A stretch of 64,000 nt of DNA from Clostridia bacterium (GTDB lineage: Bacteria; Bacillota; Clostridia; Oscillospirales; CAG-272): positions 52,799 to 116,798 of the forward strand of contig JAFTVG010000027.1 in the NCBI GenBank assembly GCA_017465885.1. The letters are read 5' to 3'. Positions 20,465 to 27,669 of this stretch are shown piece after piece. The position numbers were made by a program, and so were the translations under genes. The notes beneath the pieces were generated by a model. It worked only from the letters and a program-made list of their open reading frames with translations. It was not told the origin of the DNA and ran no database searches. Numbering within the stretch: position 1 is the first letter of the stretch; each line of letters opens with the position of its first letter.

Positions 20465-21274
20465 TTAAACCAGACTTGTTTTGTTTAAGATCAGCGTACT
20501 GAGTGCCCCAAGACCCGATGCAAAGAGCAGACCTCCCGCAAGGCAAAGACCTGCGTTTGCGACGGTGGAGCTTAAGGGAGTGATCATCGACACCGTCATA
20601 AAGAGAAGCATTCCGCCCCCAAGCGATCCGCAGATCGACAGCCACGCCCTCTTTTTTGCCGCTATAGAAATGAGGGTGAAGATGGACACGAAAACCGGCA
20701 TCAAAAAGATCTTGGACAGCAGACACATCAAAAGATTCATAGCGTTTAGTCCGTGTAAATCAAAGGACAGCCCCGCAATGGCGCCGCCAAGGGCTGAGCC
20801 GATAAAATAGAGGATCAGCATGGACGCACCGCACAAAAATCCCATAAGGGTCTTTGAGATCACGTAGTCCCCCTTTTTTGCCCGCACGGTGAAGAGATTT
20901 TTGGCATATCCGCTTCGAAAATCCTCTGCAATAAAGAGGCAGACGAAGACGCACACCCCCATAAAGGTCATATTCACGTTGCACATTCCAAAAACGTCCA
21001 TACCGCCCATATCCTCGCCCCCGGGCAGGGTGCCGATATTCTGCCAGGCGTTTTCGGGTCCCTCCATCACGGTAACCTCGCCCGTCTGCTGATTGACGCT
21101 TTCGGACCCGTCCATCATTGCCATCATCACCGTCATCAAAACAGGCATTACCAGCGCGCTGGCAAGGAGAATGTAAAAAACGCGGGATCTGAGCATCCGT
21201 TTAAAGTCCACCTTCAGCATACTATTCAGGCGCTTCCAAAAGCCAAAGGATTCAAAGCTTACCGATTTTTCCAT
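20465..21274 (-). CDS. ABC-2 type transporter permease (pair 2)
   Basis: 269 aa, ~6 TM. The ATG overlaps the stop of its ATPase (TAATG). Confidence 0.8.
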   Translation of the reverse strand: MEKSVSFESFGFWKRLNSMLKVDFKRMLRSRVFYILLASALVMPVLMTVMMAMMDGSESVNQQTGEVTVMEGPENAWQNIGTLPGGEDMGGMDVFGMCNVNMTFMGVCVFVCLFIAEDFRSGYAKNLFTVRAKKGDYVISKTLMGFLCGASMLILYFIGSALGGAIAGLSFDLHGLNAMNLLMCLLSKIFLMPVFVSIFTLISIAAKKRAWLSICGSLGGGMLLFMTVSMITPLSSTVANAGLCLAGGLLFASGLGALSTLILNKTSLV

Positions 21275-22176
21275 TATGATCTGCCTCCCTTCATTAAGTC
21301 GATATAGTATTCTTCAAGACCGATCTTGTTCTTTTTGATCTCGGTGACGGGAATGCCCTGCTCGTAAAGGTATGCCACCACCTCTTCGGGAGTGGTCAGG
21401 TCGTAAACGCGGATATATCCCGCCTCATCCTCCTCCACACGGGCGTATTTACAGCCGAGCAGAGCCTTCGTTCTGCTCATTTCTGCGCTTTGTAAAGCCA
21501 CGTAGGTGCGGCAATCGGCGTCAAGCTGTTCTGAAGTCATCTCGCGGATCATCTTTCCCCCGCGGATGATGCCGTAGTGGGTCGCCACCTTCTGAAGCTC
21601 TCCCAACAGATGGGAGGAGACAAGGATGGTGCGTCTGCCGTCCTTTACGATGTCAAGAAAGATCTCTCGCATAATGCGCATACCGTCGGCATCAAGTCCG
21701 TTGAGCGGCTCGTCCAGCACCAAAAGGGCAGGGTCTCCCAAAAGTGCCATGGCAATGCCCACTCTCTGCTTCATACCCAGCGAGCAATTTTTATATTTGT
21801 TGCCTGCCGCGCCCTCCATACGAACCAGCTTCAAGGTCTTGACGACCTCCTTTTCGGCATCGGGGATGGAGAGGTTTGCCGCCTGCAGCATCATATTGTC
21901 AAACACCGTCAGTCCGCCAAAGCAGCCGGGAGCTTCGATCAAAACGCCTATCTTGGCTCTGACGTCCTTGTCGGTATGATCCCTGCCGCAGATCCTGATG
22001 CTGCCGCCGCTTTTGGGGATCAGTCCGCAGATCATTTTTTCGGTGGTGGACTTACCCGAGCCGTTTTCGCCGATGAAGCCGTATACGGCACCCATCGGGA
22101 CGGTCATATCCAAGGAACAAACGGCTTGCTTTGAGCCGAAATTCTTACAAAGTCCTTTTATTTCTATTGCATTCAT
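21274..22176 (-). CDS. ABC transporter ATP-binding protein (pair 2)
   Basis: The true start is MNAIEIKGLCKNFG at ATG 22176. The 145 upstream codons of the track ORF (to 22611) run through the upstream permease gene in another frame. GENGSGKST, SLGMKQRVGIAMALL, LLVLDEPLNGLD; 300 aa. Confidence 0.9.
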   Translation of the reverse strand: MNAIEIKGLCKNFGSKQAVCSLDMTVPMGAVYGFIGENGSGKSTTEKMICGLIPKSGGSIRICGRDHTDKDVRAKIGVLIEAPGCFGGLTVFDNMMLQAANLSIPDAEKEVVKTLKLVRMEGAAGNKYKNCSLGMKQRVGIAMALLGDPALLVLDEPLNGLDADGMRIMREIFLDIVKDGRRTILVSSHLLGELQKVATHYGIIRGGKMIREMTSEQLDADCRTYVALQSAEMSRTKALLGCKYARVEEDEAGYIRVYDLTTPEEVVAYLYEQGIPVTEIKKNKIGLEEYYIDLMKGGRS

Positions 22177-22193
22177 ATCCCTTTTCCCCTTTC

Positions 22194-23030
22194 TTAATAA
22201 ACGTCGCTTTTTGACAGAAGCTTCGTGCCAAGGAAATTGTAGAAGAGCGCCCACGCTACGGAGACCGCAAGGCAGACGATCAGCGCACCTATCCCGCTTG
22301 AAAGATTGGCGTTGACCGAGGCGCCGTAAAGAAAGACGTTCAGGATGGCGGTGGGGATGGGCAGCTTTTCCACGATCGCCGCCGCACCGATGATGAGAAT
22401 GCCCGTGCCGAAGAAGAAGGAGGAGGCGATGGAAATGCCGAAATATTTGCGGAAGATCACGTTCAAGAAGGTGTAAAGGCTTGCCCAACCCAAGGACATG
22501 ACCATCTTCCCCGCAACGGCAACCACAAGAGAGCCCACGTTTACGGCGGTGTCGTAGCCTGCAAACAGACCGCCGACGATGCCGCCGATCAGATAGGTCA
22601 GGCACATACACGCCATAGCAAAGGCGCAGACGATGCTTTTGGAGATCATATAGTCCTGCTTTTTGGCGTGGGTGGTGAAGAGCTGCTTCACGTAGCCGCT
22701 TTTGTAGTCGTGACCGATGAAGACCGACACCATAATGCCGCCGAAAATGAAGACCATATTCATATTGGCGTAGTCGGCAATGGTTTCAACAACGTAAAGG
22801 GATTTGGAGGCGGCAACGATCTGCCAGAGATTGGAGTAAAGAGGAGTGCTTGCTCCGCCGTTGGGGGCGGGCATCATGGTCATTGCCGAGATCATTGCGG
22901 GGATGATCGCCGCAATGAAGAGAAAAATGTAGAACATCGGGGTGTGAAAAAGGCGGTAAAAGTCCACGCCCAGCATTCCCTTGATGCGCTTCTTAAAGCT
23001 CGGTGATTCAAATTGCAACGCGTTGGTCAT
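22194..23030 (-). CDS. ABC-2 type transporter permease (pair 1)
   Basis: 278 aa, ~6 TM. Its architecture is paralogous to 20465-21274. Confidence 0.8.
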   Translation of the reverse strand: MTNALQFESPSFKKRIKGMLGVDFYRLFHTPMFYIFLFIAAIIPAMISAMTMMPAPNGGASTPLYSNLWQIVAASKSLYVVETIADYANMNMVFIFGGIMVSVFIGHDYKSGYVKQLFTTHAKKQDYMISKSIVCAFAMACMCLTYLIGGIVGGLFAGYDTAVNVGSLVVAVAGKMVMSLGWASLYTFLNVIFRKYFGISIASSFFFGTGILIIGAAAIVEKLPIPTAILNVFLYGASVNANLSSGIGALIVCLAVSVAWALFYNFLGTKLLSKSDVY

Positions 23031-23031
23031 T

Positions 23032-23934
23032 TTATTGCTCCTCCTTTTTGGACATCAGCTCCACGTAGTATTCTTCAAGCCCGATCTTGTTTTTGTGGAT
23101 CTCGCTGACCGGGTGTCCCTTTTCCATTAAAAGCGACACGACGGCGGCGGTATCGTTCACGTCGTAAAGGCGCAGATAGCCCTCTTCTTCGCGCACGTCG
23201 CGGTAGTTTTTTTGAAGAACTGCCTTTGCGCCCTGCAGGTCCTTCGTTTTAAGCGATACGAACACCTGCGCGCGGCTGTCCATTTCCTCAGCCGAAAGCT
23301 CCATGATCAACTTTCCCTGTCGGATGATGCCGTAGTGGGTGGCGATCTTTTCAAGCTCCCCGAGAATGTGGGAGGAGATCAGTACCGTACAGCCGTAGTT
23401 TTGGGTGATATCCACAAGGATCTCTCTCATCATCCGCATACCGTCGGTGTCAAGACCATTGATGGGCTCGTCAAGAATGAGCAGGGCAGGGTCTCCCAGC
23501 AGTGCCATGGCAATGCCGATGCGCTGCTTCATACCCAGCGAGCAGTTTTTGAACTTTAATTTGGCGTGCTCCTCCATACGAACGATCTCTAAGACTCTTG
23601 CAATCTGTTTATCGGCGTCCTTTAACCCCAAGTTTAAGGTCTGCATCTTTAAATTCTGATAGACGCTGGAGTTTGGAAAACAGCCTGCGTTTTCAATAAG
23701 CGCGCCCACTCTGGCGCGCACCCCGGGGTCGGTATAGTCCTTGCCAAAGAGGGTGATCTGCCCCTCGTCGGGCACCAGATGTCCGCAGATGAGCTTTTCG
23801 GTGGTGGATTTGCCCGAGCCGTTTTCGCCGATGAAGCCGTAAATTGCTCCCACGGGAACGGTCATATTCAGGTGATCCACGGCATACAGTCCCCTGAAGC
23901 TTTTGGAAAGATTTCTTATTTCAATAGCGTTCAT
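23032..23934 (-). CDS. ABC transporter ATP-binding protein (pair 1)
   Basis: The true start is MNAIEIRNLSKSFRG at ATG 23934 (the track ORF is extended to 24144). GENGSGKST, SLGMKQRIGIAMALL, LLILDEPINGLD; 300 aa. Clearly paralogous to 21274-22176. Confidence 0.9.
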   Translation of the reverse strand: MNAIEIRNLSKSFRGLYAVDHLNMTVPVGAIYGFIGENGSGKSTTEKLICGHLVPDEGQITLFGKDYTDPGVRARVGALIENAGCFPNSSVYQNLKMQTLNLGLKDADKQIARVLEIVRMEEHAKLKFKNCSLGMKQRIGIAMALLGDPALLILDEPINGLDTDGMRMMREILVDITQNYGCTVLISSHILGELEKIATHYGIIRQGKLIMELSAEEMDSRAQVFVSLKTKDLQGAKAVLQKNYRDVREEEGYLRLYDVNDTAAVVSLLMEKGHPVSEIHKNKIGLEEYYVELMSKKEEQ

Positions 23935-24002
23935 TTGCCTTTTCTCCTTTATTTTTGACGCAAGGACAAGACGGTGCGCCGCGCCGCCTTGTCCTTGCGG
24001 TA

Positions 24003-24254
24003 TTATTTGCTGCCCTTTGCCGAGGCGATGCGCGCATCTGCCTGCGCCTTGCGCTGGGGTGCCTTTTGAATCTGCTTGTCTCTTTCTGCTTTCAAAACAG
24101 CCTTTCGGGTCTCGGGCTTGCCCATTGCCTTGGCTTCCTCCCACTGCGCCTTGGACTCCGCCTTTACAGCCGCCATATTTGCCTTATCCACCTCGTGCTG
24201 TGCCTTTGCGCTTTCTTTCATATCCGAAAATGCTTTTTTCAAGAAATTTGCCAT
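24003..24254 (-). CDS. small Lys/Ala/Glu-rich predicted helical protein, function unknown
   Basis: 83 aa. AAGGAG lies 7 nt upstream of ATG 24254. Low-complexity charged sequence with no recognisable domain. Confidence 0.45.
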   Translation of the reverse strand: MANFLKKAFSDMKESAKAQHEVDKANMAAVKAESKAQWEEAKAMGKPETRKAVLKAERDKQIQKAPQRKAQADARIASAKGSK

Positions 24255-24311
24255 TGCTCGATTCTCCTTTTGATCGTTTTTCCGTTTTATTTGTCGTTGT
24301 GTTAGCCGTTT

Positions 24312-24956
24312 TTAAGCTCGGGGAAGCTTTTCTTGAAGGGAGGGGATCTCTTCGGTCACGAATGCGGTGCAGGTGAAGATTTCGCCCGACTGCCCAAGCG
24401 TTATGCCTGCCGCCGCCATGTCCGAGTCCATACCCAGGCAAACGCCCGTTTCGTCATCCACGTAGTAGGAGTAGGTCACGCCGGTGTTGTCATTTCCAAC
24501 GCCCAGCTTATAGACGGTGCAGGTCCGACCGAGGAGCGTCTCTTCTCCCTCCTGCTTGGCGGTGGGCATAAACTGCTTTTTGGACTGCTCGGCGTAGTCA
24601 AGAAAGGCGGCGGTCGCCTCGTCTACCGCCTTGGCGGTGTATTTTACGTCCTCGTCACGCAGGGTGAAGACGCCGTCCTCGTCCTTTTCGTAAAGCAGGA
24701 AGCTGTCGCCGCTCTTGATGAACAGCTTTTCTTCATCCTTGTTTTTGAAGTACACGTTTCCTTCTCCGTCCACCGTCTTTGCCACGGTGAAGACAGTGCC
24801 GTCCTCTGCAGTCACTTCGTAGGCGATGGCGTAGCTGTCGGGCAAAGCCACCGCGTCATTCAGATTTTTCAGGATCTGGGTGTTGCAAGAGCAAAAGCCC
24901 AAAAGCAGGACGAGGGGCAGGGTGAGGGACAGTGCGCGGATCATAAATCCTTTCAT
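24312..24956 (-). CDS. secreted protein or probable lipoprotein, function unknown
   Basis: 214 aa. The signal-like N-terminus MKGFMIRALSLTLPLVLLLGFCSC has Cys residues at its end, which is an atypical lipobox. Confidence 0.65.
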   Translation of the reverse strand: MKGFMIRALSLTLPLVLLLGFCSCNTQILKNLNDAVALPDSYAIAYEVTAEDGTVFTVAKTVDGEGNVYFKNKDEEKLFIKSGDSFLLYEKDEDGVFTLRDEDVKYTAKAVDEATAAFLDYAEQSKKQFMPTAKQEGEETLLGRTCTVYKLGVGNDNTGVTYSYYVDDETGVCLGMDSDMAAAGITLGQSGEIFTCTAFVTEEIPSLQEKLPRA

Positions 24957-25097
24957 AGGTCAAGCTCTCTTTCTTTTACGTTTTTTTTCATTCATCGTGA
25001 GGCTATTTTACTCCCTTGATGTTTTTCGTTTTTTTGAGAAATGTTTGAGAAATATTAAAAGGAGCGTTTTTTTAGAGCTTTTCAGAAAAAATGCCCC

Positions 25098-25133
25098 TTG
25101 ACATTGACGCGGCGTCAAGTGGTATGATATACT
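25098..25133 (+). promoter_or_regulatory. merR-family gene promoter with embedded palindromic operator
   Basis: Two promoter readings fit. One is TTGACA (25098-25103) - 19 nt - TATGAT (25123-25128). The other is TTGACG (25104-25109) - 18 nt - TGaTATACT (25125-25133). A perfect 7-1-7 palindrome, TTGACGC-G-GCGTCAA (25104-25118), lies between or over the -35 and -10. Confidence 0.6.
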
Positions 25134-25149
25134 AAACGGGGGTGAGAGA

Positions 25150-25845
25150 ATGGCACAAAAAGTGCTTTACGATATTTCAGAGGTCTGCAGAATGCTGGGG
25201 GTGACCTCAAGGACTCTTCGCTTTTACGAGCAAAAGGGGATCATTGAAAGCACCTTGGCGGGGGGATCCTTGCGCCGTAGGTATACCGAGGAGCAGGTGG
25301 CGCACATCCGAAACGTTCTGGTTTTGAGGGCGCTGGGTTTGTCTATAAAGGCAATTGCGGCATTACAGAATCAGAATACCGATTTGAAAAGTGCAGTGCT
25401 TTTGCGTCGTGCAAAGATCCTCGCCTTGATGGATCAGCACCATCGGGAATTGCATCTTTTAAATCAAGCCCTCGGGGCGCTGGAGCGGGATGAAAATATA
25501 TTTGAGGAGCAGAATGCCCCTTCCTTTCCGATAGAAGCAACGACCTTGGAAGGGCTTGTGAGCATCTGCACCGATGCCATTATTTTCGGCAAAACAGAGG
25601 AGCTTTACAGGCATTTGGGCAGGACGCTGAAGGACTATATGCCCCCCGAGGCATACGAAAGGATCAGAGAAGACACACTTGCCCCGCTGGGATGCTTTGC
25701 GGCGGCGGAAAAGACAGAGCGCGACCCCGTGTACCCCAACGTGGTTTACCAATATCTGCGCTACGAAAAAATGGGATTGCTGATCAAATTCGTTTTCACA
25801 AAGGAAGAGATCGGCGGACTGTGGATGGGATATTATCAGCTGTAA
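25150..25845 (+). CDS. MerR family transcriptional regulator
   Basis: 231 aa. N-terminal HTH YDISEVCRMLGVTSRTLRFYEQKGII, a coiled-coil linker, and a C-terminal effector-like domain. Confidence 0.88.
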   Translation: MAQKVLYDISEVCRMLGVTSRTLRFYEQKGIIESTLAGGSLRRRYTEEQVAHIRNVLVLRALGLSIKAIAALQNQNTDLKSAVLLRRAKILALMDQHHRELHLLNQALGALERDENIFEEQNAPSFPIEATTLEGLVSICTDAIIFGKTEELYRHLGRTLKDYMPPEAYERIREDTLAPLGCFAAAEKTERDPVYPNVVYQYLRYEKMGLLIKFVFTKEEIGGLWMGYYQL

Positions 25846-25854
25846 GGAAGATTT

Positions 25855-26160
25855 ATGAAACGCATTTTTGGAATTGTTATGATGATATTGCTTTTGTCCG
25901 CTTTCACTTCTTGTCAGGTTCATTGGTTTGGCAAGAGCGTTGAGGTGCCTTGGTGGATGATTGCTGTTCCTGTTTGTCTGATTTTAGCGATAGCGCATAG
26001 TTATTTGGTTACAAGAAAATATAAATGTCCCGTGTGCGGGGAGGTATTCTTTCCCAAATGGTATGAGATTTCCTCTTGGATTCATTGGGGAGATGAACGT
26101 GTGGTGAAGTGCCCACACTGCCAAAGACGGGGCTTTTGCGGGCGGGCAAGAAAGGAATGA
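25855..26160 (+). CDS. small membrane protein with 4-Cys zinc-ribbon
   Basis: 101 aa. Signal/TM segment, a second TM, then CPVCGEVF...KCPHCQRRG. Confidence 0.55.
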   Translation: MKRIFGIVMMILLLSAFTSCQVHWFGKSVEVPWWMIAVPVCLILAIAHSYLVTRKYKCPVCGEVFFPKWYEISSWIHWGDERVVKCPHCQRRGFCGRARKE

Positions 26161-26624
26161 CGATGATACGAACGATCTATTATATTGTTGCTGTTTTATT
26201 GAATGCTTTTGCCGCGGTTTTCTTTTATCGGCAGATCCATATTACTTTTTTGTCCCTTGTCCCCTTTTTGCTGATGCTTTTGATGCTCTTTCAGGGCTTT
26301 TATTTTAAAAAAAGTGCAGAAGAAGCAGAAAAGGTCGGTGCTTCCACCGCATACGGCTCCGATCTGACAGAAAGCGAGGAGAAAAAACTCTTTTCTTATA
26401 ATGCAAACTCTCTTTTTGCATTCATCCCCCTTCTTGTGCCCTTTGTTCTTTTCTTTCCTTCGGGCTTTAAGCTGCTTTCGATCCTTGTTTACCTGTTTGG
26501 TTTTGTTTCGGGCTCTCTTTTTTACCGTGTGCGCAGTAACAAGGAGCGCCGCAGGCGGGCAAAGGCTCAAAAAGAGGATCTGAAAAAACAACGGCAAAGA
26601 GAAGAGCAGGGCAGATGGAAATAG
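26157..26624 (+). CDS. membrane protein with basic/acidic C-terminal tail, function unknown
   Basis: ATG 26157 (MTMIRTIYYIV) overlaps the upstream stop (ATGA). The track ORF starts earlier, at 26109. 3-4 TM. Confidence 0.55.
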   Translation: MTMIRTIYYIVAVLLNAFAAVFFYRQIHITFLSLVPFLLMLLMLFQGFYFKKSAEEAEKVGASTAYGSDLTESEEKKLFSYNANSLFAFIPLLVPFVLFFPSGFKLLSILVYLFGFVSGSLFYRVRSNKERRRRAKAQKEDLKKQRQREEQGRWK

Positions 26625-26685
26625 CTTGTGTGCCTGCAAAGGAAAACGCCATAGCGTCTTTTCAAGAACGCTGTGGCGTTGTTTA

Positions 26686-27633
26686 TTATTCCTTATAAAC
26701 GAGATCCAGCAAAATGTGCTGGGGATGGTCGCCGTACTTTTCGCCGAAAAGATTGATGCCGCCGCGGTTTTTGGCGTCCTCCTTCACTCCGATACGAAGG
26801 GTCAAAAGGGAAGGACTGCCGTTTTCCTCAAGGTCGGCGATGCGGGTGTCCGAAACGGGCTCGCCGTCAAGGAAGGTGCCTTCTTTTTTGACCTCGATCT
26901 TCTTTAAAAGCCCGTATTGGGTGCCCGAACGCCACCATTTGGGGGTTAACGCCCCCTGCCTTACTCCAAAGTCGCCGGGCAGGGTGAGGGTGCAAAGGGG
27001 CACGCCGTTGATCTCAAAAAAGATATCCGACTTCCAATCCTCGTTATATCCGGGTGCCTCCGAGCAAAGCTCCAGCGATAGGGAAAGCCCGCAAAGCCTC
27101 TTTCCCTGCGTTTGCCTTAAGGGGACCTTGTATTCAAGATAGCCGTAGTCAAACCAAAGAAGCTGTGCCTTATGCCGCAGGGGGGCATAGAAGGTGGAGG
27201 GATCGTCCCTTCTGCCAACGTAGCCCTCTTCGCTGAGCATCCCGCAGTATTTTCCGATCTTGAAATCGGTATAGCTTCCGATGGGGATCTCCTCGCGGTA
27301 AAGCTCTGCTTTGCTTTGGGAGCCTGCGGAAGCGGGCACCAGATCGATACGGATCTGCTCATACTGCCTTGACAGGATCTTGCTCTGCCCGCGGTTGCCT
27401 TCCTTTCGGACCACCGAGATGATCCCTGCCTTTAAAAGGACACTCACGTGCTCGGAGGTGGTGGACAGCGGGACGTTCAGCCTTTCGGCAATCTCCCAGA
27501 TGCTCAGTGTTTTTCCGCTAAGCAGGCGCAAAATATCCCGCCTGGTTTTGCAGTTTAACGCCTTGATGATCCGCTCGCTTTGTTCCTCGTCCTTCAGGTC
27601 TACCGAAAGGACCTTGTTGGAGAACTTTTCCAT
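26686..27633 (-). CDS. ArsR-family HTH regulator with large C-terminal domain
   Basis: 315 aa. N-terminal KALNCKTRRDILRLLSGKTLSIWEIAERLNVPLSTTSEHVSVLLKAGII is an ArsR/SmtB-type wHTH. The ~220-aa C-terminal domain is unassigned. Confidence 0.8.
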   Translation of the reverse strand: MEKFSNKVLSVDLKDEEQSERIIKALNCKTRRDILRLLSGKTLSIWEIAERLNVPLSTTSEHVSVLLKAGIISVVRKEGNRGQSKILSRQYEQIRIDLVPASAGSQSKAELYREEIPIGSYTDFKIGKYCGMLSEEGYVGRRDDPSTFYAPLRHKAQLLWFDYGYLEYKVPLRQTQGKRLCGLSLSLELCSEAPGYNEDWKSDIFFEINGVPLCTLTLPGDFGVRQGALTPKWWRSGTQYGLLKKIEVKKEGTFLDGEPVSDTRIADLEENGSPSLLTLRIGVKEDAKNRGGINLFGEKYGDHPQHILLDLVYKE

Positions 27634-27669
27634 CTGCCATCCACCTTTCTTTTTTGCTTTATATGGGCT

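Noticed and set aside
22177-22611. N-terminal 145-codon extension of the ABC ATPase ORF (track 21274-22611); likewise 23935-24144 for the second ATPase
   Set aside because: The extensions are Arg/His-rich nonsense that overlap the upstream permease gene or small ORF in another frame. Both ATPases have a canonical MNAIEI start 10-20 nt after the upstream stop.
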